DNA of 58,758 nucleotides, filler included, from Sphacelaria rigidula (lineage: Eukaryota), in the NCBI GenBank assembly GCA_964200075.2. It is 3 parts of 3 records of this genome, joined end to end, with 100 filler letters (N's around TTAATTAATTAA, not from the genome) between each part and the next. Parts side by side here need not be neighbours in the genome. Positions count along the whole stretch, not along the records: positions 19,621 to 39,140 come from CAXNAA020000653.1; 2 more parts are not named here. One strand, 5' to 3'. How positions within the stretch are numbered: position 1 is the first letter of the stretch; every line of letters starts with the position of its first letter. The position numbers and the translations under genes are program-made. This document shows positions 25,601 through 37,200 of this stretch, piece by piece. The notes beneath the pieces were generated by a model. The model ran no database searches. It had not been told where the DNA came from and was given only the letters and a program-made list of their open reading frames with translations.

Positions 25601-27545
25601 AATGGGGGGGGGGGTTCTGGGTGGTGCTTTGTCAGAGGAACCTGATGGGATGGTGGAACCTGAGGAGGAGCGAGGCGCCAACAACGGCGAAGAGTCTGGC
25701 CAGCAGCCGTCTGCTTCGTCTTCATCCTCTGATGACGATTTTTCGGAGACATCGTCTGTCGGCGGCGGCGGGGATGCCGTGAATCAACCTGACTCAGTTG
25801 AGCCGACACTTGGCCAGACAAGGCAATAGACACGTGCCTTGCTGCAGCAGCGTTAGGAGCATCGACTTCAACAGCAAGGTTCAGACCTGCGGAAGCATGA
25901 GGGTGATCATAATGCTTTGTGGACAGCCACGGGGGACTTGTGGGCTACGGCACAGATCCTAGCTCAGCTGGCCAGCACGGAGGACCCAAGACACTCAGGG
26001 GAGTCTGGGTTGGAGTTGATCCCATACGTGACTCTTGGTGAGATGGAGTCAGCCCCCAAGTCTGTAAAGGGTGTGTACAGTTCGAAGTACAACAGTATGT
26101 GGTTGGACGCGATGAAGAAGGAAGGAGAGGGGCTAGGACGCAATAACACGTGGACCGTAATTTACTCACCCCCGTTTGGAGAGAAAGCGGTCGATTCGAA
26201 GTGGGGTTTTCAGTGAAAAACCGATGAACACGGTTACGTGATGAAGGCTAAGGCTCGACTGTTTTTCAGGGGTGATCGGCAAGAAATTGGCGACATTCCG
26301 ACGTTCTCACCAACCCCACCCACTACGACTAACCGAGTAGCTCTAGCGGTAGCCTTGCAAAGGGGAAGACCATTCTTCATTTTGACGTTGAGCTAGCTTT
26401 CGTTCAGTCCGAACTAGAGGATGACGTGTACATGAGGCTACCGCCAGGTTTGGGTGAGCGATCTGGCACTGCCGTGCATTTGCACAAGACGCTTTATGGC
26501 TTGAAGCAAGCTGCTAGAGAATGGTACGGGAAACTGGGGAGAAGTCTGAAAAGTCTGGGTTTCGAACAGACTTTGGTAGATCCGTGTGTGGTCAGGCTGA
26601 TGGACGGCGAGGAGGTCAAAGTTCTGATTGTGGTTCACGTCGATAACACGTTCGTTGTAGGTGCTGAGTCTGTGCGCAACAAGTTGGCAGAGGATCTGAA
26701 CGCACATTTTCCAACGAAGAACCTTCGTAAGCTAGTCTGGTACGCAGGATGTGAGCAAAAACACGATCTCGAGAAGGGACCCTCAAAGTGTCTCTGACTG
26801 CGTATACTCAACGGATTCTTGAAAGATTTTCCATCAAAAGGACCGCTGCAACCCCTGCGTTTGTTTCTTCTGACTTCAAGGTGGATGAGGGAGAGGATTT
26901 CGAGGGGAGGTACCGTAAGGCGGTGGGATCTTTGATGTGGGTCTCCATCAACACCCGCCCGGACATCGCTGACGCCATGAGAGCTGCATCCCGCCACAAC
27001 GAAAACCCGACGCCTGAGGACTGGCGCAAAGTGTTGCGGATTTTCGAGTACCTCAAGACAACAGCAGACTTGGGAATCACGTATGCTAGGGGTTCGAGTG
27101 ACGAGTTGGTGGCGTATGCGGTTGCAGACTATGTGAAGTTTGATGATCGGCGTTCAGTGTGGGGGGGGGGGCGATATTTTTCCGCGGGGCTGTTGTGGGA
27201 TCATTCTCTCGCACTCGAAAGAATGTAGCTCTCTCGTCTACTCAGGCTGAATACGTAACGATGGGCGACGTAGTGAAGGATGCTCTGTTTGTGAAGGCGG
27301 TGCTGAAATTTATGCAGCCGCAAAAGAAGGAATTTTGTATGCCACTGACGGTGTATGAGAACCAGGGGGCGATTCAACTCGCGAAAAATCCGTGAAGCTC
27401 CCACAACAGCAAGCACATTGATGTGCGTCATCATTTCCTGCGGGAATTGATGTCTGAAATGTCAAGTCTCCTCAGCAGCACGCAGACGTTTTGACGAACC
27501 CTTTGCCTGTTGGTAGCTTCAGGTACCACAGGAATGTTCTGATGA
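22668..27545 (+). pseudogene. Copia gag-pol polyprotein with stops and frameshifts
   Basis: gag in one frame with two stops; zinc knuckle CYECGKTGHFKSEC; protease LIADSVATCH; HGH..CKGC zinc finger; integrase VFMDASGP/RSDGGGEF/NGVAER; RT LYGLKQAAREW, VHVDN; RNase H YENQGAIQLAKNP, KHIDVRHHF. Confidence 0.93.
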
Positions 27546-27870
27546 TAATCAAGTGACTTTAACAATCTTGAAAGTTGAAGCGAGACCGGTTTATAGTCTT
27601 GGACCTTGTATTTTCTACGTCAAGCTATGCACGTTCGGAGTGAGGTGCGAGGTTGTAGCTGAGTGTATCTCATTAGGAGCAAAGCGCATTCTCGCGAGAC
27701 TCGTGTCATTACCAAGGCCAAACTATATTTTGGTCATGGCTTGGGTGTGATTTGTGTTTCCTCGGGAACAGGAAACGGGTTTTGGTCGAAGTGGTCTGAT
27801 TTTTTTTCTTGTGTGTTGATTCGAATTTTGGACATGCGTTTGATTCCCCAGTGTGAAAAATCAGGGAGGG

Positions 27871-29986
27871 TGCTAATCGTGTGATTTCACTCATGGTAAA
27901 TGTAAGATCCAGGATACTATAACGTGACCATCAGAGGAAACTGTGACGGATTAACCGATGAGAAACGGTACTGCTGATTTCCAGGAATGGTACTGTACAC
28001 ACGTAGGACAGCTCATGAGCTAGCTCATCTGCGGGTGGTAGCTCACTTGTAGTCAAACATGTACATGTGAGCTAAGTCCGATAGCTCAACACAAGGTAAA
28101 CGTGCGCTGATGAGAGTAGCTCACCTAGGACAAACATGCGTAGCTCATGCAGCTCTCATAGCTCACCCGGGGCGAATATGAGCTGATGAGCTACGGGTTG
28201 GTAGCTCACCCAGGGCAAACATACGTTGCTCATGTAGCTCTCATAGCTCCCCCAGGGCAAATCTGGGCTGATGAGCTACTGGTTGGTAGCTTACCTATCG
28301 CAAAGGTGCGCAGCTCATGCAGATCCCATAGCTCACCCAGGACGAATATGAGCTGATGAGCTACGGGTTGGTAGCTCACGTACGGTAAACATGCGCAGCT
28401 CATGTAGCTCTCACAGCTCACCCGGAGAAAACATGCGCGATTGAGCCACGTCCGGTAGCTCACCCAAGGCAAACTTGCGAAGCTCACCTAGCTCTTGTAG
28501 CTCACTCCGGAAAAACATGTGTAGCTCACGCACTTCTTACAGCTCACCCAGGAAAAACATATACGGATGAGCTACGCTCGATAGCTCAGCCAAGGCAAAC
28601 ATGTGCTTATGTGAGTAAGTGTAATCCCATCTTCCACATCGATCGCATGTTGCGAAGGATCCAGATGCACGACATAACTCCCGACTGAAGCGTGCCTAGA
28701 GCTGCTACCCCCCGCGGTCGCCATGCAGGACGAATTGTGTGTGTAGTTGTGTGTGCGTCTGTGGTTGTGTGTGGATGTAGTGGCTATGATGCGGATGATT
28801 TCTGATGCAGCCATGTTGATTAATGGTGTTTACAAAAAGCAAATCCATTGCTACACGAAACGGAACAGGTGTGTGCACATCTGACCGTTGTCACGTGCGT
28901 ACAATATCAACGTGCATGAGTATCGGAACAGAAACAACTCCAAGATCGGCGTAGCTCCTATAGCTCTTTAGCTCAACCAGTGCAATCATGCGTAGCTCCC
29001 GTAGCTCTCATAGCTCATCCGGGGCAAACGTGTGTAGCTCATGCATCTTTCATAGCTCATCCAGGGCAAATATATGTAGCTCATGCATCTCTCATAGCTC
29101 ATCCGGGGCAAACATGCGTAGCTCACGCAGCTCTCAAAGCTCACCCAGGACGACTATGAGCTGATGAGCTACGGGTTGGTAGCTCACCTATCGCAAATGT
29201 GCGTAGCTCATGCAGCTCTCATAGCTCATCCAGGACGAACATGAGCTGATGAGCTACGGGTTAGTAGCTCACCTATCGCATACGTGGGTAGCTCATACAG
29301 CTCTCATAGCTCATCCAGGACGAACATGACCTGATGAGCTACGGGTCGGTAGCTCACGAACGGTAAACATGCGTAGCTCATACAGCTCTCATAGCTCATC
29401 CAGGACGAATATGAGTTGATAAGCTACGGGTCGGTAGCTCACGTACGGTAAACATGCGTAGCTCATACAGCTTTCATAGCTCACCCCAGGCAAAGCATGC
29501 GTAGCTCATGCAGCTCTCATAGCTCACTAGGGAACTACGCTAAAAAAGAGCTAGCTCAAGCTATAGGGAGCTGATCTGTCCGACGTGTGGTACTGTAGAA
29601 CGACGGTTCGGATTGATTCTAGGAATGTTCTTGAACGTGTTCGTTGTTTTCACTTTTTTCTCCGATGACCCGGAAACGACGGGGAGTTATCTTGTGGTAT
29701 ACGGTACGTGCCTGCGGGATGAAACGGGATATATCTGCCGTAGCTCGAGAAGGATTCTAGACGATGTTTCACCTCCGCATCTCTCGCCACACCGTGTTCA
29801 GTGGTTGTGTGTGTGTGTGCTTTCCTACCCATGAGCGGTCTGATATGAATGAGACAATAAAATACAACTATGCACTTCTGCTTCTGTGACTTCATCTTCG
29901 ACAGCGGACGCTGTGCGAGATTGCCTTCTACGTTTTTGGTTGAGCAGTGAGTGCTCAAGCCGTATGACTCTAGACTCGACCGAACA
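27871..29986 (+). repeat. Copia 3' LTR (split by a 1592-bp TIR element)
   Basis: TGCTAATCG...GACCGAACA; LTR halves at 27871-27997 and 29590-29986. Confidence 0.93.
27998..29589. mobile_element. Non-autonomous TIR transposon with 8-bp TSD and AGCT-rich tandem arrays
   Basis: TIR CACACGT(A/C)GGACAG; perfect TSD GTACTGTA (27990-27997, 29590-29597); empty site visible in the 5' LTR. Confidence 0.92.
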
Positions 29987-30200
29987 CTCGTAGCCTGCGG
30001 CTGGTACTGGCTGCTATCTGAGAATGGAGGCCATGTCTAAGGGGCCTGCTTACGAGCCTCCTTATCGACATCAAAATGAGATAAGGCGTGCGTATACATG
30101 GAAAATGTTCCCAATCCGCGAAGAGGGTGAATCCTATCTTCTTTGTTTATATCAGAGTATGGGCATGAAATCTCGTGATATTTCCTGACTCCCCCGACAG

Positions 30201-30364
30201 GCGCCTCCTCTCACTATGCCGACCTGCAGAGAATGCATGGTAGGTGTAAAGCCCACTCTCGTCGTGCAGAAACAAATGAGAGTCAAATGAAAGAAAGCGT
30301 GTCAGCAGGAGGTGATCCCAGCTCTGACAAGAGAGCTCGAGGAGGCTGCACAGAAGAAGAGATG
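30201..30364 (+). CDS. Gene B, two small exons (30201-30239 and 30306-30364) encoding a PxCxECM motif and amphipathic helix
   Basis: ctgact branch site and gacag|APPLTMPTCRECM|gtaggt..gtcag|QEVIPALTRELEEAAQKKR; phase 0 joins the 21542 exon across the copia-filled intron. Confidence 0.5.
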
Positions 30365-30675
30365 GTTGACTATTGGCGTTTAACTTGGTCGAATAAACAC
30401 AACGAGACGCTTGGTTCCTTATTCACGCAGAAACCAGCGAGAAGCTGATCGGCTTGATTGAGTGGAAAAAATAGAGAGTAACCACGACAGTGGGTATCTC
30501 AGAAAATTGCCCGATCTCAACGAAGCCGTTCGTACTATAAACTGTACGACATGAAGTATATGACGATGAACCCAATATGTCGACACTATAGACTCTTCGA
30601 GTCAAGCTCTTCACTATCCATTCATCTACCCTACGGTTAACCCCTTGACCGCGAGGGTAGGTCACCTGCTTGTGA

Positions 30676-31362
30676 TGTGATACGGGTGAAGCACCTTGGT
30701 GAAGGGTGTAATGGTGTTCACCACGATTGTTTCCAGGTTCAGACCTCTGTGTACGTTGTTTGTTTACTCAGCTCAGCAGCGCGGGCTGACCACAGTCGCT
30801 CTTATGTATTTCACACAAGGAGACAACAAGCAATTACAGACAAGTGTAGCACCGTTTGTTTTACGCGATTGATTGTATCCAAGCTTCATCTACAGCTTCA
30901 TCTACCGAACAGACAAATACAACACAAACCGAAACAAGCCGAAGCCTCAATCAATAAAACACACCAGACAAAACAGCAGTCCGACTACTGCTCTTATCTC
31001 TGGGACTCACTTTCTCGCGGTTTGTAGATACTCCAATGGGAAACTGTTGGGTTGTAGCCAAAAACCGGAGGTGAGAAGAGAGAGTGACGCTCGTTGGGGC
31101 TGCTTACAGCTTCAATCGTGTTTCGCCGCCCCCTAATCATCATTAACTGAGGTCATACCATAAAATCCAAGAGCCGAGCTCTTCAATACATGCCATGGTT
31201 GGGTCACTACCTTTTTTTTCGAATTCAAATACATGCTCTCCGTAGAACGTCAATTCATCAAGGGGCAGCCAATTTCCCGCTATTTGCATATGTAAATGTC
31301 CATCATTCAATGTCACCTTTGCCCAAGATCATGGCTACGTCCTGCGGTCACATCCTATCACA
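30676..31362 (-). repeat. Candidate gypsy 3' LTR
   Basis: 687 bp bounded by inverted TGTGATA...TATCACA; purine-rich GGAGGCTAG immediately 5' on the minus strand; partner LTR not visible. Confidence 0.65.
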
Positions 31363-33094
31363 CTAGCCTCCAATGGGTAAAGCTATCGCAGGAGAACGCA
31401 GTGTAACGAGGTTGCTTTACCCGCACATTCCACTCCCCCACACCACAGAAATAAAAAAAATCAATAAAAAAAACAAAAGAATAAAAAAACAAGAACAAAA
31501 GCAAAACAAGATCCCACAATAAAAAGAGAATGTGAGACGCGTCAAGGGGGGGGTACCTTGACGGGGACTTAGAGGGCGACACGATATATTGAAATAAAAA
31601 TCTGAATGATGTGAAAAACCCAAGAATCGACAACCCTCGAAAAAATAGCGCCGGAAGCTACGAAATATCCGGGAATCCAGGACAAATTCGGCAGAAAAAG
31701 CTGAAGCAGCGAAAAAACAAGCCGGTAGTCCATCCGCTACAAAAATTTGATATAATCCTTGACTGCTATCATGCGAAGGGGAAATTATGTCTCAATACCC
31801 GTCCAGTTCCGTTGTGAGAGTTTGTTTTTCAAGCAGCCCGTCAAGGCGTTTCACAGTACCGGGGAAGTACACACGATCGTACACTTCTTTCATCAGTAGA
31901 ACGCAACGGTGTGAATGCTCAAGCGGGAAAAGAAGATCGCTGAGCGGAAGACACCGGAAACCGAGATCAACATGCAGCCGTGAGGCAACATGATGCACCA
32001 ACGTGACGATGAAGGGCAGCTCATCGAATTGAAAAGATGCCTGTATCGTCCCACAAAGCGTCAACGAATAACACACAACCGTAGGAGATAAATCCAAGGC
32101 GGGTAACCCGATGCGTTCGTGGTGAACCACGACAAGTATACAGAAAGAGGGGCCAATGCGGTCCGCCCTTAGATACGTGCCCGTTCAGACGAGAAAATCG
32201 AGAGGGTGTGCATACAAACGGAAGGATAAACTCCCGCCGAGCACATCAACGCGATAATTCGCCAGCAATAACCCTACAACAGAAACGAACCACCGTACTG
32301 ATTTTCGAAGCGGCGGGCCGGATGTACGACCTCGAGACTGCGAAAAACAAAGCAATTTTTTGGCGGACTGATGTAGGACGGAATATAGCCGAGCAACGGA
32401 ACTGAACATAATCCAAGAGAAAAGTGATATCCCCAAACATGGGACAACTGGTACAGCGAGCGAGTACAAATACGTTTCGACGGTACTCAAGAAGAGGGCT
32501 TGTTCGCCATGCAACACATAACCCGGTCATCGAAAGCCAACGTGAGTCCAACGGTATTAAGCTGTCAAAAACAAAAAAGAAAACACAAAAAAAGCTTGGG
32601 GGAAAACGAATAACAGGGTACGCCGAAAGAACCAGTCCGCTGGAGAGGTTGATTACGTAGGTGGGTGGGCAATCGCACACACCGGGTATTTGCCCCGGAA
32701 AAGGGTTGGTACGGGACGTGCTGAAGAATACCAACGGTGTGCGTTGGCCGCCTCCGAATACAAACAAAAAAGAACCAAAGACGAAAACAAGAAAAACAGG
32801 TGACCATGCAAGGGAGGAAGAAGGGTAAACAGGACAGAACAAAAAACACAGAAAAAACAAAACAAACACAAGAGTTGACAAAAAACAAGGAAAATAGAAC
32901 ACAAAAGCTTCATACAGGAACAGGCATACGCGGCAACGGTTCACTACAGAACACAGATATACGCAGCTACTGGGTAATGCCGAGGGAAACGTGGGCAACC
33001 GGGCTACACGGTGTTCACGGAAACGAAACCACGAGAGGACAAGGGGAACCAGGGTGAATTCTAACAAAAATAAAACACGACGAGACCAGGGGGA

Positions 33095-36000
33095 CTACGA
33101 TTGGCGGCAAGGAAAAACGCAGACGTGGAGACGGATCTTGAGAGGACCCGGATCATCGAGGAGGCGGATGTAGTAGGAATCGTCCGCCTCATGATCTATC
33201 AAATGAATCTTCCCCAGCCACCACCGCGAATCCATAGCCCTGTACCAAAAATATGCACCTTTCGGCAAACGTTTCTTCGAAAAAGAGCGCAGGTATTGGG
33301 AACGAGAAATGAGACTATAGCCCAAAATGACAAATCGTGCCGAGTGTTCTCGGGCCAGTTCACGAGCTGCTGCGCTTTTTCGCATAGGCCTATATCGTTT
33401 GTTCAACGGGCGGTGTCGGACGACATCTCCGACCCAATATAAAAAATATCTCTCTTCGAAAATGACGCAAATCCTCCTCCCGTTCCCACGTAACACGTAT
33501 GAGGCCTTTCCAGTGAGTCTGATACATAACCGCAATTTCACCGCCTCGACCTCGAACTACTTGATGGCCCGATATGCGATCTACCACTGCACGTTCAAGA
33601 GGACCGTCAGCGTCTTCAGCCGTCATGTGGTACAGTGGGGATTTCACCGCATACCTGGTATACATATACTGACTGAACCCCATAGGCAATTGCTTGGGCA
33701 TATCACTAGTGTCGTGAGGGGGCAGACACGGCTTGCACCGAAGCATCGAGACCCGGTTTTTGGGTTTGACGCCAGGTTCATCTGTGGGGAAATCCAAATA
33801 CAAGAGCTTCTCACCTACTGACCTATCGTCAGGGGCGGTATCACAGGGCCCAACTGCCGGAATCTCCCAAGGATCAGTCCAATTCAAGCTAAGCTTCGTC
33901 TTCAACACCTCATCCGGCGACGACTTAGCAGAGCTTGCACCTTGGGTTACAGTTCTCACATCGTCATACACCCATGCCCATTCACCTACTTTCCACACCG
34001 GACGGTTGTTCACTGCATCATCCAACACGCTGTTTGCCTCAGCTACCTTTGCTGCGTTGATCAAGTTCTGCTCCCGCACCACCTCACATGCAAGACGAAG
34101 ACGATTACTAACAGACATATGATACTCCACAATGCCCCGATCCAAAGTCTGATGATCACCGGGGGGTTTCCTGTCGAACACTGTCAACGGCAACCTGGGC
34201 ATACGACCAATATGAACTTCATTGGGAGCAAAGCCTGTGGCGGTATTGGCGGAGTTGTTGTAGTTCATTTGGACAAGGTGTAAGTGCAGGTCCCAGTCCG
34301 TTTGACGCTCATTGGTCACTGTGGCAAGCATTTGCGCCATCGTGTGATTAACTCGTTCGGTCCCACCGTTAGTGGACGGATGGTATGAACTAGTAAAAAT
34401 ACGTTGGGCACCCAGGAGGTCACTGATAGCGGCAGAAAGTTTGCCGGCAAAATGTGGGCCGTTATCGGATGACAAACGTTTGGGAACACCCCACTGAGGG
34501 ATGTATGTGTACACAAGGACGTTGGCAGTCCCTTCTGCACTATAGTTGGCCTCCGAAACAGCATTCATCACAGCATTGCGACTGACCCGATCCGTAGACG
34601 AAAAAATGTACTTGATACCACTATCAGTGAGGGGCAGGGGGCCAAAGTAGTCCCATGAAACTATTTCACCAGGCCCATTGGGGAGGGGCATAGAGATTGC
34701 CAGCCATCTAAGTGTTTGACGCGAAGCTTTGCGTGCTTGGCAAAGAAGACACCGCCGAACCCACCAACGCACACATTGGTCCACACAAATCCACCGAAAA
34801 ACAAACGCTGAAGCATCTGGGAGATCCTGGCGACGCCCAGATGTGTGGATGCTTGTGAGTGGTATTCGTGGAGAACTCATGGACGCAGAATCATCGGAAT
34901 ATGAATACGTACGGGGGCATCACCCAACAAACGGGCGTGACTACTTGTAGGTTTCCCTCCAGGAGGTTTCGTGGGGGGCCGGTGAACTAAAGGAACAACG
35001 CCATCGTCATCCGTATAAAGCATGCCTTTACGCGACAATTCAGTAACTTCATCCTGTGTGGGGGCTCGGTGGGGCCCTACTGGCAAAAGGAACTCAGTTT
35101 CTGGAAAGAGGGAGGGGTATCCTTTGGATAGATAATGTATAGCTGCTCTACAAGCAGGTTCAGCTTGCTGTTCCCGGCCCCAATCGTCGTGAGAAAATAG
35201 GGTCAGTTCCTTATATACACTGTCGAAGGGGTTGTCCGAAACGCAGGGGATCGAATCGATGTGGGATGGACACGAGGCGTTATTTGGATCAAGATCAGAG
35301 GGGGTGGTCAGTGTATTCTCAAACGGAACGTTCACCTCTATTCCTACATTGTGGAGGGTGTCGGATGGTGTGGTACCTGAGGTGGTACCATCACGGGGTG
35401 GAGGAGGCACAGTCGAGGTTTCGACTATGGAGGGCAGAGGTGGTTTGGAAGGTGTCAAGCTTCAAATTGTGTTGTTCAAAACGAGCAAAGAAGGACGCCA
35501 AATGTTCGACGTGTTCAGCAGGTGTACTGCCGTGAACCACCGCATCGTCGAGGTACATGCGGCATTTGGACAGTCCATCAATGACGCGAAACATCACACG
35601 TTGAAACGCTCCTGGGGCGCCACCGGCACCTTGTGGAGTGACCAGCCACTCATATAGACCTGACGGGGTGCAAAACGCCGTCAGCTCGATAGAGTGCGGA
35701 TCCATCACCAGTTCGTGCTAACCGGACTGCATGTCGAAGTTCGAAAAACCTTTGCCCCCGCCGAGGGAGTCGATGATTTCATTCATCCGGAGAAGAGGTA
35801 GACGTGCGATTTTGGTGACTGCGTTCAATCGTTGATAATTGACGGTCAGTCGGATATTACCATTCTTCTCCCGGACGAATACCAAAGGCGAGGCCAACGG
35901 AGACATTGAGTGCCGTATTAACCCGGCGGACAAGTATTCGTCGAGAATTACTAGAATTTTACCCGCTTGAAGAGGGTTTGTACGGTACGGACGCATGGTG

Positions 36001-37200
36001 ATAGGTGTCGTACCATCAGGAATGTCGATCTTGAACGGTATAGTGTTGCAGCCGCCTAAACCTGTTGACGATTTGGAGAACCTTTCAGAGTATCGTATCA
36101 AGATGAAGCGCAACCGATCAATCACCGTGGGTGTCCAACCCTCACCAGATAAATCAAACGCAATGTGTCTCAAATAGGGAGGAATTTCATCCCATAATCG
36201 TTGAAAACTAACACGTTGCTCTGACGAGAATGTATCTAGTAAGGCAGCCAGAGGGTTTGTGTCAGGCGTATCAGTCGATTCGGCTACAAACATGGGGTCA
36301 GTTTTGTCGAACGAAGTGGAACTGTTTGTCTCTGAGCTGTCTGATGATGTTTGCGGTGGCATCTTCAGACATACATTCGACAAGCCTGCCCGTAGGAGGG
36401 GCGCTTGAGCAAAACCCAACAACTGACCAGGAAGGACATCGAGACATGCAGAGGACGTGAGGGGAATGGATTGCCGACCCTCATGGACAAATACGTCGGT
36501 CTGATCAAAGGGGGGAATACTGTCTAGGGTTTGGTTGGGATTGGTCAAGTCGACCGAGTACTGTCCAGTGAGGGCGGGGGATCCGTTCCGCCTCACGAGA
36601 TTCACATGGATATGTTGAGGTTCACGGGACAGAGAGACGATGTGGTCTCCAACATAATACAGTCGAGAAGCATCACCTGTTTGTGTTGGGTCATCGACAT
36701 AGGTCTGAGCCCCTTGATCAGCGTCGTGATGTCCCAATTTTAGTGTGCCTGTCAGTGGTCGGTTCAAAACAGGTGAGTTCGTCGTGTATGTATGTGTGGA
36801 AAAACGTAGCCAGCTATCACGTCCGAAGAGAACATCAACCGACACGGAACCATCGGGCACAATGAGTGCCCACACAGCTAATCGTGCAGTGGGACCCGTG
36901 TCATCGAAGAATTGCACACTGAGTCGTACTGATTGATCAACCGTAAGGGGAGTGAAGGGACCAAACCCGCCAAAAACACGAGGTGGAACAGTAGAAAGGC
37001 AATGCTTGTCTGCTGCTCCAGCGTTCATCATGTGTTGCCAGCAGCTGGCTGTTATGAAAGTTTGTGGCGAGCCAGTGTCGGGAGGGCAACGGCCATCAAA
37101 GGATGTGTTGCATGCACTCCACTATGTATACCTATTCGGGTTGTGAAGGAGGCGTCATCCATGAGTGCAGTTCCACTGACCAAGTCCGGTCTGTATTCCG
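33095..37200 (-). pseudogene. Gypsy pol: protease, RT, integrase, chromodomain; disrupted, RNase H missing
   Basis: PR ALMDDAS...VLFGRD; RT PYRTNP, SPLASPLVFV, RLTVNYQRLN, TAFCTPSGLYEW, YLDD; IN CLLCQARK, WDYFGP, SDNGPHF, YHPSTNGGTER; chromo DRISGHQ..YQTHWKG..TWEREEDL. Confidence 0.92.

Larger units (their letters stand above)
21932..29986 (+). mobile_element. Ty1/copia LTR retrotransposon, full length, decayed
   Basis: Paired TG...CA LTRs (21932-22611, 27871-29986), purine tract GAAAAATCAGGGAGGG before the 3' LTR, domain order gag-PR-IN-RT-RH. Confidence 0.95.

Noticed and set aside
28010-29575. CRISPR-like look of the regularly spaced hairpin repeats
   Set aside because: Intervening sequences are themselves repeated, no unique spacers or cas genes, eukaryotic context, bounded by TIR and TSD
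32246-33067. 273-aa hydrophobic ORF as an env gene
   Set aside because: N-terminal two thirds come from a T-rich low-complexity tract giving Phe/Val/Leu bias; only the distal part may belong to the extra ORF
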